Shown piece by piece: positions 1-10,292 of a stretch of DNA of 64,000 nucleotides; position 1 is the first letter of the stretch, and each line of letters starts with the position of its first letter. This stretch comes from Methanomethylovorans hollandica DSM 15978. GTDB lineage: Archaea; Halobacteriota; Methanosarcinia; Methanosarcinales; Methanosarcinaceae. A program made the translations under genes and the position numbers. The stretch is from assembly GCF_000328665.1 (NCBI RefSeq), contig NC_019977.1, forward strand, positions 496,001 to 560,000. Reading direction: 5' to 3'. The notes beneath the pieces are model-generated. The model did not search any database. It was not told the origin of the DNA and worked only from the letters and a program-made list of their open reading frames with translations.

Positions 1-528
1 ACGGAAGTATCTGCAACCGTACAGGATCTTCAAGGTAATGTTGCAAAGCTCGGTACTGATATTTCAAACGTTTCAGCATCACAGCAGGAGATCAGGGATG
101 AGATGATGGAGCTATCCAAATACGCGGAGGGAGAGCTCAAAAAAATAGGTGCCAAGGGGTATAAAGTAGCAGATCAGAGCATACAGCTTGCACACATCAT
201 GAAAAATTCCTCGAGTATCAAATTGTGTATGGAATGGCTTGAGTTTCTTATGGAACTAGTAGGGCGTAATAATCTGCCTGATATTCTCTCTTACTATGAG
301 GAGTTGGGCTGGATCACAGAGGAAGCACGTATGGAACTCATGAGATATGCTGAAGGCATCGATTTCTATATGGAGAAACCGGACTGGAAGCTTAATCCCG
401 ACGACCATGTAAAATCCGTCTGGTTCATTGAGAACCTTGCAGGGATCAAAGTGGACAAGAATAAACTGTCCGTTATTGACCGGGATATTGAAAAAGTCCG
501 CAAGGGCTCAGAGATATATAATATTTGA
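1..528 (+). CDS. Archaellum FlaD/FlaE-family protein, 5'-truncated by the window edge
   Basis: Frame is open from position 1; C-terminus has the EWLEFL..VG..IL.YY.ELGWI...DHVKS..FI pattern of Arch_fla_DE. Confidence 0.8.
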   Translation, partial: TEVSATVQDLQGNVAKLGTDISNVSASQQEIRDEMMELSKYAEGELKKIGAKGYKVADQSIQLAHIMKNSSSIKLCMEWLEFLMELVGRNNLPDILSYYEELGWITEEARMELMRYAEGIDFYMEKPDWKLNPDDHVKSVWFIENLAGIKVDKNKLSVIDRDIEKVRKGSEIYNI

Positions 529-658
529 GAACTCAGTTCTCTTTATGTCCTATGTGGAGCCAGAGGCCTAGTCTTTCAAGCATGCATGCAGCAGATATGG
601 ATAGAGAAGAGATAAAAAAATAAAATAATGTAATAAAGAAGTGAACCTGTGAAAGCTT

Positions 659-1261
659 TCACAGGCTAGTTTCAGCCTCTTTTCCGCTCATGTCCTGTAC
701 TTTCATGCCTGATACCGCACCTGTCACCATGGGGAGTGCGAGGACAAGTATTAGCATTGTAAAGGGCATTGTAAGGATGGTCCCTATCCATATTGCGCTG
801 CCAATTGCATTGAGAATCATGACCACTACTACAAGCACTATTGTGTCCTGGGGGTTGGCTTTTGCTATTTCCAGGCTTTCCTTCAGGGAATCCACTGCAC
901 CAATATCCTTGACCACCATCAATGGCAGTGCATAGAGGAAAATTATTGCAAAAGCTATGCTGATTATTATTCCCGGGATAACCAGGAGCAAGAACCCTAT
1001 AAATATGGGTATCATAATTATCAGGAACAGTACCCAGCTCTGTATGAACTTATCAAGCTTGAATCCTGCAAAGACATCAGCTATTTCTACGATCTCTCCT
1101 CTAGCTCCCTTTGCAGCCATGTGGGCAAGGCCATAGGCTAATGGAGCGGATGTTATAAGGAAGATCGATCCGAAGATCGTTATAAGCGCACCAATGATAT
1201 AAGCAACCAGATTCTTTTGGAAGATTTCCCAGCTATCTTTTAAGAGAGTTTCTATCTCTAT
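659..1261 (-). CDS. Polytopic membrane protein (DUF975/DUF2189-like); paralogue of the adjacent gene; probable ATA start
   Basis: 4-5 hydrophobic segments; N-terminus IEIETLLKDSWEIFQKN aligns with paralogue MEIEKLLRETWEIFQKN; GGAGG lies 8 nt upstream of ATA at 1261. Confidence 0.75.
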   Translation of the reverse strand: MEIETLLKDSWEIFQKNLVAYIIGALITIFGSIFLITSAPLAYGLAHMAAKGARGEIVEIADVFAGFKLDKFIQSWVLFLIIMIPIFIGFLLLVIPGIIISIAFAIIFLYALPLMVVKDIGAVDSLKESLEIAKANPQDTIVLVVVVMILNAIGSAIWIGTILTMPFTMLILVLALPMVTGAVSGMKVQDMSGKEAETSL

Positions 1262-1376
1262 AATGTTCGCCTCCTGTGGACAATAATTCAATTAATATAT
1301 ATCTACAGTTAGGTAGTATTTATATCTATTCTAAAAAATAAAAAGTAAAAGGGTTTGGATTTAATTATAACCTGTC

Positions 1377-1943
1377 TCATCCCTCTATATAGGCTGCTGG
1401 CTGGCTGTTGCCTGCCAGGTTCTTTGCCGCAAGGGTATATCCTATCTGGCTAAGCGGGTATGTGATAAGCGCACCGATCACTATAAGGCTGCCAATGAAA
1501 TTGAGCGCAAAGAATACAAGGAATACAATCACGGTTTCTGCAGGATATTTTTGTATCAGTTCAAAATTCTCCTTAAGAGCATCTACTCCTTTGTATCCTC
1601 TCATGACCAAAAGTGGCAACGCATAGATCAGCAGTATTGCAATAATACCTCCGACTCTTCCCAGCAGCATGGAACCTGCGATCATCAATAGCAGGTAGAT
1701 GATGACTACTATCCAGCTCTGTACAAAGGCTCCGGGTACTTTGAATCCTGCAAAGACATCGCCTATTTCCACGGTCTCACCCTTTATCCCCTTAAATGCC
1801 ATATGTGTGACACCATATAAAAACGGTGCAATGGTTACAATAAGTATCGACCCGATTCCAGCTATAAGTGTACCTACAATAAATGCAACAATGTTCTTTT
1901 GGAAGATTTCCCACGTCTCTCTCAAAAGTTTTTCTATTTCCAC
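1377..1943 (-). CDS. Polytopic membrane protein (DUF975/DUF2189-like); tandem paralogue
   Basis: GTG start with GGAGG 8 nt upstream; shares WEIFQKN, VEI.DVFAGFK, YALPL.V and E..E motifs with 659-1261. Confidence 0.8.
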   Translation of the reverse strand: MEIEKLLRETWEIFQKNIVAFIVGTLIAGIGSILIVTIAPFLYGVTHMAFKGIKGETVEIGDVFAGFKVPGAFVQSWIVVIIYLLLMIAGSMLLGRVGGIIAILLIYALPLLVMRGYKGVDALKENFELIQKYPAETVIVFLVFFALNFIGSLIVIGALITYPLSQIGYTLAAKNLAGNSQPAAYIEG

Positions 1944-2300
1944 AGTATAAACCTCCTATCAATTATTCTGTGTACTAAATAGAGTTCTCTTTGTATGGTA
2001 TATATACTTGTTGAATTATCATTGAAATTAATGAACTACCCATCTTATTCAGATATTCATCTAATTTATTCAGGACTTATTCAGACATTTGCAACCTTGA
2101 AAGTTCATCTGAAACCGCATAATTATCCGGTAAGAAAAACCTATGTAAAATCTCAGATAATAACTATTTATTCTCATTGAAAAATAGTAATTTGATAAGA
2201 AGTAAGCTTATAATAAAGCTACAATAATAACAAGTCTTTCATATTTCTGTACGCATCCCTGCAATGCAACAAAGCAGAATGGCCTCTGAAATCTTTTAAC

Positions 2301-2421
2301 CAACATCCATGTGAAGAGTGGGATGTGTCAGCATGGAAAGAAGGATTATTTGCTGACACCTTGGGAAGTTTGTGGGATTTTTAATCCCCTATGGATTTAG
2401 CCCCAGTAATCTAGGACTGGG
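2301..2421 (-). ncRNA. Candidate structured small RNA, copy A
   Basis: Three stem-loops; ACTGGGG.TAAATCCATAGGGGA and ACTTCCC shared with 28848-28940; TATA-like TTAAATAT 25 nt upstream. Confidence 0.5.
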
Positions 2422-2567
2422 TAAAAACTAGTTATACTCACAATGATATTTAACCAGACCCTAATATAAATCATTGTAGACAGCATAATATGCTAAAGGT
2501 ATGTGAATATACAGATGGTTTGAGATTTTACCATATTTGCATCAAGGATGTTTAGTTTCTCATGTTT

Positions 2568-2825
2568 CTATTGCATCCGGACTGATGTGAGCAGTACAAT
2601 TACATACATTACTGAGGCAATTATTCCAAAAAGGCCAAACATAAATGCAGGCATTGCACTTTCAGTAAGAAATGGCTCCAGACTCGTGTATGAAAATGTT
2701 AATATCGTTAAGATAAAAAATAATAACAGAGCCACCTTCTGCAGATCGGATAATCCCTGATAAATTGGTATTGCAATTATAGTAAGAAGTATTACTGCTG
2801 CAATCAACAAATAACCTGCATTCAT
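2568..2825 (-). CDS. Small three-TM membrane protein
   Basis: 85 aa, hydrophobic; AGGTGA RBS upstream. Confidence 0.7.
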   Translation of the reverse strand: MNAGYLLIAAVILLTIIAIPIYQGLSDLQKVALLLFFILTILTFSYTSLEPFLTESAMPAFMFGLFGIIASVMYVIVLLTSVRMQ

Positions 2826-3330
2826 AGTTCACCTTTATAAACAAACCTGCGCGTTTTTTACCTTCTGCTACCCGATCATGGGTGAATTTAATTTTTATTC
2901 AGTGTGTGAAGTAAAAAGAAATGACGCCCCGGAAAAGTAAGAAGGATCTCACTGACTTATTCCCGGTATTTCTCATCTATGGCTTGTATACACAAATGAA
3001 CAGCACACTATATATACAAATTCGAGTTTAATCTGCACGAGGGATGATACTTTACAATCACTATATAACAAACAGAGTGTAATGTGAAGAATACTGTAAA
3101 ACACGACTACTTACTAAATTCCTTTGGTTTAAATGTATCATTGTATATGCCGAAGAGTAAACCTTCTTAAAGACGTGCATTTCATATAAAAGTCCAAAAA
3201 CATAGTGTCTATCGATACTATGCCATGCGCAAAATAAGGCAGTAATAAGCTCGTTGGAGTAATAAAAAAGTCAGAAAGGATTTTAGGCGCATTGCTGCAC
3301 CCTCGTCCTTAAGTTTCCATGTGTTCAGGC

Positions 3331-3816
3331 TTAGAACCTTACTGACAGGTCGGCAATCATCTGCTGGCTGGCAACATCAATTATCTTGACGTTGACGGTA
3401 GCACCTTGGTTTGCAACTTTACTAATTGTAGCAGCTGTTACATTGGTTTTAACACCAAGTGTAAGTCCACCTGTACTTTCATTGAATAGATATACAGTGT
3501 TGCCTGCTGAATATTCAAAGGCTTCTGGTAAATCGGATGCTTCGACCGCTACACCATCTACAATTACTCTGGTGTTAGCTGAAGTAAGGTAAAAGTTGTC
3601 TCCGCCTTGGTGTTCAAGCTTCAGTACGGTATTTACGCCGATATTTTCAGCACTCCCTCTAATACTGGCCTGTGGTGCCTGTTCTGGTGGTCCCATGCCG
3701 AACACGAACGCAGCAATGACTGCTGCAAGGATGACAGTAATTGCGACCATCAGGATTACACCGATGACCGGGGATACTGCCTCCTCTCCCTCGAGGAATT
3801 GGTTTGCTTTGCACAT
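3331..3816 (-). CDS. Archaeal type IV pilin (DUF1628/Pilin_N)
   Basis: Class III signal EEA/VSPVIGVILMVAITVILAAVIAAFVFG and a H.GGD motif; start moved to ATG 3816 (AGGAG RBS). Confidence 0.9.
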   Translation of the reverse strand: MCKANQFLEGEEAVSPVIGVILMVAITVILAAVIAAFVFGMGPPEQAPQASIRGSAENIGVNTVLKLEHQGGDNFYLTSANTRVIVDGVAVEASDLPEAFEYSAGNTVYLFNESTGGLTLGVKTNVTAATISKVANQGATVNVKIIDVASQQMIADLSVRF

Positions 3817-3842
3817 TGCGTGTTTTTCTCCTGTTTTTTGGG

Positions 3843-4049
3843 TTACATGTTTTGAGATTTTTTCTTCTGGACGACCCTCTCTAATTTCTTCGTCCACATT
3901 TTATCTCCGAGGTCCGTGTATTCACACTCCAGATAGTGCTGCACAGCGATGCTGAGAGCCTCCTTTGTAGAAGGCTCGTTACATTTCTTCTTGAGAGCTG
4001 CAAGTTCTTCTTCTGTCAGCACGGTCTGAGCATGTACGATTTTCACCAT
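3843..4049 (-). CDS. DUF5371-like small protein upstream of the pilin
   Basis: MVKIVHAQTVL..EEL.ALKKK.....TKEAL..AV.HYL pattern. Confidence 0.75.
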   Translation of the reverse strand: MVKIVHAQTVLTEEELAALKKKCNEPSTKEALSIAVQHYLECEYTDLGDKMWTKKLERVVQKKKSQNM

Positions 4050-4422
4050 TGTATCTTCCTGATTGAGTTTTAGTTATAACATGCACTTGCATGCTTTCAT
4101 CATCATCATTATTATAAATTCTGCAATATAAAAACTTTATGTTATGTGTCGAACTGTGGGACACTTCACATCCAATATATAATATAATTATATTTTTATT
4201 TGAATATTTTTTGTGGAACTGGAACTTTATGTTTTTCCGATGAACATATTTCCGCTATAGGGCGAATTATACCTGCATTTTTATGCTTTATATTTCACAC
4301 TGTGTTATCTGAACACAATACTAAAATCCGGGAGCATTTTCATTCATACCTGCGCAAACTACTTAATCCAATCAGTAGTTGAACATCCGATTGTTTTTCC
4401 TGTGTCGCGCCGGTGTATTATC

Positions 4423-4701
4423 ATGAGCTCAAGCCGTTTTGTTATTACCGTTATAGGTATCGATAGAGTAGGAATAGTAGCTGGCATTACTGCGGTAATG
4501 GCCCAGCATAAAGTGAACATAGTGGATATCAGCCAGACCATCATGCAGAATCTCTTTACAATGATCATGCTGGCAGAGATCCAGGAAGAGAACTTCGACT
4601 TGTTCGCCTTCCAGAACAGCATGGCAGAAGAAGGCCAAAGGCTGGGTGTGGAGGTCAAAGTACAGCATGAAGATGCCTTCACCTGCATGCACAGGATCTG
4701 A
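4423..4701 (+). CDS. ACT-domain protein (UPF0237)
   Basis: [14 protein letters not shown]...NIVDISQTI...QHE.AF..MHRI. Confidence 0.9.
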   Translation: MSSSRFVITVIGIDRVGIVAGITAVMAQHKVNIVDISQTIMQNLFTMIMLAEIQEENFDLFAFQNSMAEEGQRLGVEVKVQHEDAFTCMHRI

Positions 4702-4712
4702 TAGGTGAAAAC

Positions 4713-6074
4713 ATGCTCGTTCATCCCGAAGAGATACTTGAGACCATTCAGATGGTCACCACTGAAAACCTCGATATCCGCACGATCACCATGGGGATCA
4801 ATCTGCTGGACTGCTGTCACCCGGACATCGATGAGTTCAATGCCAATATCTATGCAAAGATCACAACTTATGCAAAGGACCTTGTACAGGTCACAGATGA
4901 GGTTGCACGCCTCTATGGTGTGCCCATTGTCAATAAAAGGATCTCGGTTACTCCTATTGCTATCGTGGCAGCGGCGTGCAAATGCGATGATTACGTATCC
5001 ATAGCAGAGACCCTGGACAAAGCAGCTTCCAAGGTCGGTGTGAACTTCATAGGCGGTTTCAGCGCCCTGGTACACAAAGGCATTACCCCAGGTGACATGC
5101 GGCTCATCAATTCCATTCCCCAGGCCCTTGCCACCACAGAGAAGGTATGTTCTTCTATCAACGTAGCAACCACCAATGCCGGAATTAACATGGATGCTGT
5201 GGCCTTTATGGGTAATGTGATAAAGCAGACCGCAGCCCTTACAGCAGACCGGGGTGGTATCGGATGCGCCAAACTCGTTGTATTTGCCAACGCCCCTGAG
5301 GACAACCCCTTCATGGCAGGAGCATTCCACGGTGTGGGCGAAGCCGACTGCGCAATAAATGTGGGCGTCAGCGGTCCAGGGGTAGTTAATGCCGCGGTCC
5401 GTGCTCTTAAGGACCCCACCTTCAATGAGATCGCTGAGACCATTAAGAAAACGGCTTTCAAGATCACGCGCATGGGCGAGAAGGTAGGACGCGAGGTTTC
5501 CTCCCGTCTCAATGCACAGTTCGGCGTACTGGACCTTTCCTTAGCCCCCACTCCTGCCGTTGGTGACAGTGTTGCTGCAATACTCGAGGCTATGGGTCTT
5601 GAGAGATGCGGTACCCACGGGACCACTGCAGCCCTTGCCATGCTTAACGATGCTGTGAAGAAAGGAGGCTCTATGGCCTCTTCATCTGTAGGCGGTTTAA
5701 GTGGTGCCTTCATTCCTGTCAGTGAGGATGCAGGCATGATCCGCGCTGTGCAGGATGGTTCCCTTACTCTGGAAAAGCTTGAGGCTATGACCAGTGTATG
5801 CTCAGTAGGTCTTGACATGATAGCTGTGCCGGGGGATACCCCGGTTTCTACGATATCTGCCATCATAGCAGATGAAATGGCGATAGGTATGATCAACTGT
5901 AAGACCACAGCAGTGCGGCTGATACCTGCACCTGGTAAACAGGTAGGTGACGAGGTAGAGTTCGGCGGTTTGCTGGGACGAGCACCTGTAATGCCAGTTA
6001 ACCGCTTCAGTTCGGAGAAATTCATTTCCAGAGGCGGGAAGATACCAGCTCCTATACAGGCTCTTAACAACTGA
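4713..6074 (+). CDS. UPF0210/DUF711 PFL-like protein
   Basis: [28 protein letters not shown] and CSVGLDM motifs; usual ACT partner directly upstream. Confidence 0.9.
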   Translation: MLVHPEEILETIQMVTTENLDIRTITMGINLLDCCHPDIDEFNANIYAKITTYAKDLVQVTDEVARLYGVPIVNKRISVTPIAIVAAACKCDDYVSIAETLDKAASKVGVNFIGGFSALVHKGITPGDMRLINSIPQALATTEKVCSSINVATTNAGINMDAVAFMGNVIKQTAALTADRGGIGCAKLVVFANAPEDNPFMAGAFHGVGEADCAINVGVSGPGVVNAAVRALKDPTFNEIAETIKKTAFKITRMGEKVGREVSSRLNAQFGVLDLSLAPTPAVGDSVAAILEAMGLERCGTHGTTAALAMLNDAVKKGGSMASSSVGGLSGAFIPVSEDAGMIRAVQDGSLTLEKLEAMTSVCSVGLDMIAVPGDTPVSTISAIIADEMAIGMINCKTTAVRLIPAPGKQVGDEVEFGGLLGRAPVMPVNRFSSEKFISRGGKIPAPIQALNN

Positions 6075-6091
6075 TCAGGTAGGTATATACC

Positions 6092-6604
6092 ATGAACATT
6101 ACAATGATAGGCATGCCAGGGTCAGGAAAAACTTCCATAGGCCGGGAAGTTGCCCGTATACTGGAGTGTGACTTTGTGGATATCGATCAGCTGGTCCGAA
6201 AAAAGGCAGGGCTTTCTCTTCAGGATATTATAGATACCGAAGGAGATGAAGCTCTGGTAAAGATGGAAGAGAAAATTGTTGTTGGCCTTAAAATCAACGA
6301 TCGCATGGTCATCTCTCCCGGGGGCAGCATAGTTTATTCCGACAAGGCAATGAACTACCTGAAAGAAAAGACCATCATCATATTCCTGCACACCCCCCTT
6401 TCAAGGGTCAAACAGCAAATAAACAATCAAGACTCGCGGGGTATCGTAGGTTTAAAAGGCCGAAGCTTTGAGATCCTTTTTGCCGAGAGGTTCCCTCTCT
6501 ATCAGAAATATGCTGACATGAGCATTGATATAGGCGACAGGGATACTATCAGTTCGGTAGCCGCTAAAATAGTGGAAGCAGTCCGTTATGTACCGGAAAA
6601 GTGA
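6092..6604 (+). CDS. aroK: Bacterial-type (P-loop) shikimate kinase
   Basis: IGMPGSGKTS Walker A, D.D, VISPGGS, ER.PLY.KYAD. Confidence 0.85.
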   Translation: MNITMIGMPGSGKTSIGREVARILECDFVDIDQLVRKKAGLSLQDIIDTEGDEALVKMEEKIVVGLKINDRMVISPGGSIVYSDKAMNYLKEKTIIIFLHTPLSRVKQQINNQDSRGIVGLKGRSFEILFAERFPLYQKYADMSIDIGDRDTISSVAAKIVEAVRYVPEK

Positions 6605-6811
6605 CTTTTTGTTCTTTTTCTTAGATATTTCTGAAATTCCCTTATACAGGTTTGATAATCGGGCTTCATCTGCTTTGTGTTAGCAAATATTTTATGAATC
6701 TCTACATTAGTGCTGATCAAAATTCTGTTTTTTATCCGGACGTTTTTCATTGCTATTATTTTTAAAAAAGTTATTACCACCAGCTATATATATCAAAATA
6801 CAGAATCAAAA

Positions 6812-6839
6812 GTGTTACGAAAATGCAAGATATTCATAC
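6812..6839. promoter_or_regulatory. NikR-like operator upstream of the ECF S component
   Basis: GTGTTA-N16-TCATAC versus consensus GTATGA-N16-TCATAC; downstream of TATATATA. Confidence 0.6.
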
Positions 6840-6862
6840 TTTAATATTATTGGAGGAATAAT

Positions 6863-7513
6863 ATGCATATACCTGATTCATTTATACCCCTCTCCCAAGC
6901 CATTATTTACTGGATAATAGCTTTGCCTTTTATTTTTATGTCCATCAGATGGGCAGGAAAAGAAATGGATGACACGAAAGTTCCCATACTTGCTGCCCTT
7001 GCAGCCGGTATATTTGCCATTCAGGCCCTGAACATCCCTATAGGTATGGGTACCAGTGGCCATATGGTAGGAGCCACATTAGTTGCGATCATATTCGCAA
7101 GTCCCTGGGCTGGCGTACTTGTGCTGACTCTTGTCCTGCTGGTACAGGGTTTCGTGTTTGCTGACGGTGGTATCACTACTATGGGTGCCAACATCCTTAA
7201 TATGGGTGTTATTTCAGGGTTCGTAGGCTACTATACGTTCTCTGTTCTCATGAATTCCAGGCTAAACCTGCAGATATCTTCTTTTGTAGGTGCATGGCTT
7301 GGTCTGCTGGTATCGGCTCTTGCATGTGCGGTACAGATGTACCTTGCTGGTACCTTTCCCTTGGTGCCAGGTCTGATCGCCATGGGTACTTATCACTTTA
7401 TTATAGGCCTTATAGGCGAAGGTCTCATCACTGCGGTTGCAATTAGTGCAATTGCAAGCTCAAGACCTGACCTCCTGGAGAACAAGTCACTTGCAAGAGG
7501 TGTAAAAACATGA
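6863..7513 (+). CDS. cbiM: Ni/Co ECF transporter S component (CbiM/NikM)
   Basis: MHIPD N-terminus, GTSGH, ADGGITTMGAN. Confidence 0.92.
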   Translation: MHIPDSFIPLSQAIIYWIIALPFIFMSIRWAGKEMDDTKVPILAALAAGIFAIQALNIPIGMGTSGHMVGATLVAIIFASPWAGVLVLTLVLLVQGFVFADGGITTMGANILNMGVISGFVGYYTFSVLMNSRLNLQISSFVGAWLGLLVSALACAVQMYLAGTFPLVPGLIAMGTYHFIIGLIGEGLITAVAISAIASSRPDLLENKSLARGVKT

Positions 7514-7827
7514 GCAGCAATTCAACTACCAGCAGCAGATCCAACATGAAGTTCCTCTATGCGGGCATAGTCATAGCCCTTTTACTTGCTGTGGTTGCTC
7601 CTTTCCTCGCATCTCCTTATCCGGATGGATTGGAAAGTGCAGCAACAGGTGTTATAAATGAGGAGAAGCTTGCAGAGATGGAAGAAGCAGGATCTGTTTT
7701 TTCCTCCCCAATGTCCGATTATGGTATAGAGGGAATGGGTAAATCCGGTGAAGTAGCTGCTATCGTTATTGGCACTCTGCTTGTCCTTGCCATAAGTTAT
7801 GGCCTGGGCAAGATCATCAAGAAGTGA
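7510..7827 (+). CDS. PDGLE-domain ECF accessory subunit (NikN-like)
   Basis: ASPYPDGLE motif; two TM segments; overlaps the cbiM stop. Confidence 0.9.
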   Translation: MSSNSTTSSRSNMKFLYAGIVIALLLAVVAPFLASPYPDGLESAATGVINEEKLAEMEEAGSVFSSPMSDYGIEGMGKSGEVAAIVIGTLLVLAISYGLGKIIKK

Positions 7828-7851
7828 AGTTTCTTATTCTTCTTCTTTTTT
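7828..7851 (+). terminator. T-rich archaeal terminator-like tract
   Basis: TTTCTTATTCTTCTTCTTTTTT directly after the stop codon. Confidence 0.5.
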
Positions 7852-7852
7852 C

Positions 7853-7905
7853 GGCTCTGTAGAAATCTACTTCAGTTTTTATTAACATCGGTTTTCTACA
7901 GAGCC
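7853..7905. repeat. 53-bp element with a 13-bp perfect inverted repeat (MITE-like), left edge of island
   Basis: GGCTCTGTAGAAA...TTTCTACAGAGCC. Confidence 0.7.
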
Positions 7906-7950
7906 ATAGAGCCAAACATTTTATATAACGATAGTATACAAAATATATAC

Positions 7951-8151
7951 ATGCAGCTTTTCCAATCGTATACGTTCACCTGGTGGCAAATAGGGATATT
8001 CAAGCTTGCACTTCTCTCCATCGGCGTTGCTATTGGTGCTTACTGGAACGAATTTTTCATTGGTTACTTGATCGCTTTAATTGTGATTGCAGTGATCACA
8101 AGTGCATACATAGCATACATATCCCTGAAACAGACTGATCGGAACAGTTGA
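7951..8151 (+). CDS. Small two-TM membrane protein
   Basis: 66 aa, WWQIGIFKLALLSIGVAIGAYW; TTTTATATA about 25 nt upstream suggests a leaderless transcript. Confidence 0.7.
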   Translation: MQLFQSYTFTWWQIGIFKLALLSIGVAIGAYWNEFFIGYLIALIVIAVITSAYIAYISLKQTDRNS

Positions 8152-8323
8152 CACAGTCTCTCAAAAGGATTACTTATACTTTTTATAGATAATGGAAAAA
8201 GTTTAAAATTTGGAATATTACAGATTGTGTTGCATAATGTTAGTATATAATTCGAATTCTAATCCATAATACTGATTTCGATAGGTCTTATACAGAACCC
8301 AAAGATCCCAGATAGAATGGATG

Positions 8324-9400
8324 TTAGTCTTTCCCATTCAATTCATCATTTTGTTTCATTTTTAGTGCCAGCCGTTGTAGATAGAAGGCCACTGGGAATC
8401 CCAGGATACTGGGTATCCAGAAAGATACAATGCGGTAGATCAATATCACCACTACAGTGATAGGAATTGGCACCCCCATGACATTATAAAGTGCAGCCAT
8501 CGACCCTTCTACTATCCCTACTCCACCCGGAATCAAAAAAGCCATCTTTCCAAAAAGAATGGGCAGACCATAACCAGCAAGTAATATGCCAATGCTAACT
8601 TTGTACCCGGCTGCCAGGAATATCAAGTATAGTGTCATTATGTCAAAGCCTATGCTTAAAGCCGAGCCAAGAGCTGGTTGTTTCCAGCCATCCTCTTTTA
8701 ACCTGTCCAACGAATCAAACAGACGCTGGAGTGTCTCGGATGAAGTGGAAGTATGTGTTTTTCTTTTCAAATTATCCCATGAGATGGAAACTTTGCTCAC
8801 TACTGAGATGAGCTGCACACGGTGGGCATTTCCCCAGAGAACGATGATAATAAAAGCTCCAATAAATATCAGTATCAGGGTGAAGGCAATTATTTGTGCT
8901 TTTGAGAGTTCATGCATTATCAACAGATATGCGACTCCAAGAAAAGCTACAAACAAAAGTATTGCATTGTTAAATGCTGTAGGCAAAGTTCCTGCCTGAA
9001 CTGCCCCGTGCCGATTCACACCCAGAGCACGAGTCCAGTGATATGTGGCTGCTGAGTTTCCCAGTGTGCCTCCGGCTATCAATCCAATACTGGAAGCGGC
9101 TAGTGCTATCAACGTTCCCCATAATATGGAAAGTTCCTGTCGTGCGATCGCTACACATGCTCTTAGAAGATAACCGTATTCTAGATAGCTGGCTATCTGG
9201 GCCACAACGGCCAGCATAAAGATCCATCTATTCATTGAACTGATGACTTTGAGAGAGTTTTCTAAAGCTGTAAGTTGTGGTAAGATAAGATGCACTGCAA
9301 GACCTAATAGCAGCAGTTCCAAAAGGTAGTGGCCAGCTTGTAAAGTAAGAGGGGGAAATAAATCTTGCATAGGGCTGCCGTTTTTTTCTTTGGAGGCCAT
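8324..9400 (-). CDS. LPG-synthase TM / flippase-like protein (UPF0104)
   Basis: IPGGVGIVEG and YRIVSFW motifs; about 8 TM segments. Confidence 0.88.
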   Translation of the reverse strand: MASKEKNGSPMQDLFPPLTLQAGHYLLELLLLGLAVHLILPQLTALENSLKVISSMNRWIFMLAVVAQIASYLEYGYLLRACVAIARQELSILWGTLIALAASSIGLIAGGTLGNSAATYHWTRALGVNRHGAVQAGTLPTAFNNAILLFVAFLGVAYLLIMHELSKAQIIAFTLILIFIGAFIIIVLWGNAHRVQLISVVSKVSISWDNLKRKTHTSTSSETLQRLFDSLDRLKEDGWKQPALGSALSIGFDIMTLYLIFLAAGYKVSIGILLAGYGLPILFGKMAFLIPGGVGIVEGSMAALYNVMGVPIPITVVVILIYRIVSFWIPSILGFPVAFYLQRLALKMKQNDELNGKD

Positions 9401-9545
9401 ATTGATTACCTTGACTCTGTTTATTCAGGAAATAAATCAAATTTTAATCTTTTTTTACTTCAATTTTCGTTTTAGGCAATTAACCTCATCTGCGTGAACA
9501 TCTTTGCCACTTTGTCAGAGAGCTGTTTCAGGCTTAGACTTCCTG

Positions 9546-10292
9546 CTATTCTTGCGAAACAATTTCTACTTCGTTTCTATTATCATCTTCAGCAGCCATC
9601 TCACTCATCGTTAAAAAATTATACCCTTTAGTCTTGAAATGCATTATAACCGCAGACAGGCTTTTCAGTGCAAACTTTCCTGTGTTGAATTTACAGTCCC
9701 ATCTGATAGGACTATGAGACATATCTACGAACTCCCAGGGATGTACGAACAATACTGGATCATGCATGTTATCAAGTATAGGGAGAATAATAGGAAGTGG
9801 GAGGCGCAGGAAGGAAGAGGTTATTGATGCAGGTATTCTTGTAATATCCCCTATCATGTAAGGCTTTCCAGGAAACGGAGGCTTGTATTTTGCAATGGAA
9901 GAATCTATTTTAAAGCCATTCCCCTGGAGTATATCCACATATTCCTGTGGGAATTTGAGATTTGGTGCCCTGAATGATACTATTGAAGGGCCGAGATCCT
10001 CAAGTATTTCTTTTGCCTTAACAATTGCAATACCTGCCTGTTCCTTATTCACTCTGTCAAACCTTTCGTGGGCATAACCATGACATCCAAGTTCATGTCC
10101 ATCTTCAGGTATCCGCTCAATGGCTTCAGGATAAAGCTCGGCAACTTTTCCGGTAGTGAAAAACGTAGTTTTTATCTCTTTGTTCCAGAATAGTTCCATC
10201 AGTCTGGGAAGACCTTCTTCGATTCCACGCATAGTTTCAAGAAAAGGTGGACAATCCTGTTCCACATCAATTGTGATAGCAATTCTTTTCAT
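9546..10292 (-). CDS. Polysaccharide deacetylase (CE4/NodB family)
   Basis: ITIDVE, HELGCHGYAH, FRAP and HPWE motifs. Confidence 0.9.
   Translation of the reverse strand: MKRIAITIDVEQDCPPFLETMRGIEEGLPRLMELFWNKEIKTTFFTTGKVAELYPEAIERIPEDGHELGCHGYAHERFDRVNKEQAGIAIVKAKEILEDLGPSIVSFRAPNLKFPQEYVDILQGNGFKIDSSIAKYKPPFPGKPYMIGDITRIPASITSSFLRLPLPIILPILDNMHDPVLFVHPWEFVDMSHSPIRWDCKFNTGKFALKSLSAVIMHFKTKGYNFLTMSEMAAEDDNRNEVEIVSQE

Noticed and set aside
4359..6070. Long antisense ORFs (323 aa and 359 aa) and many similar ones across the window
   Set aside because: Shadows of well-supported genes on the opposite strand, with no recognisable motifs
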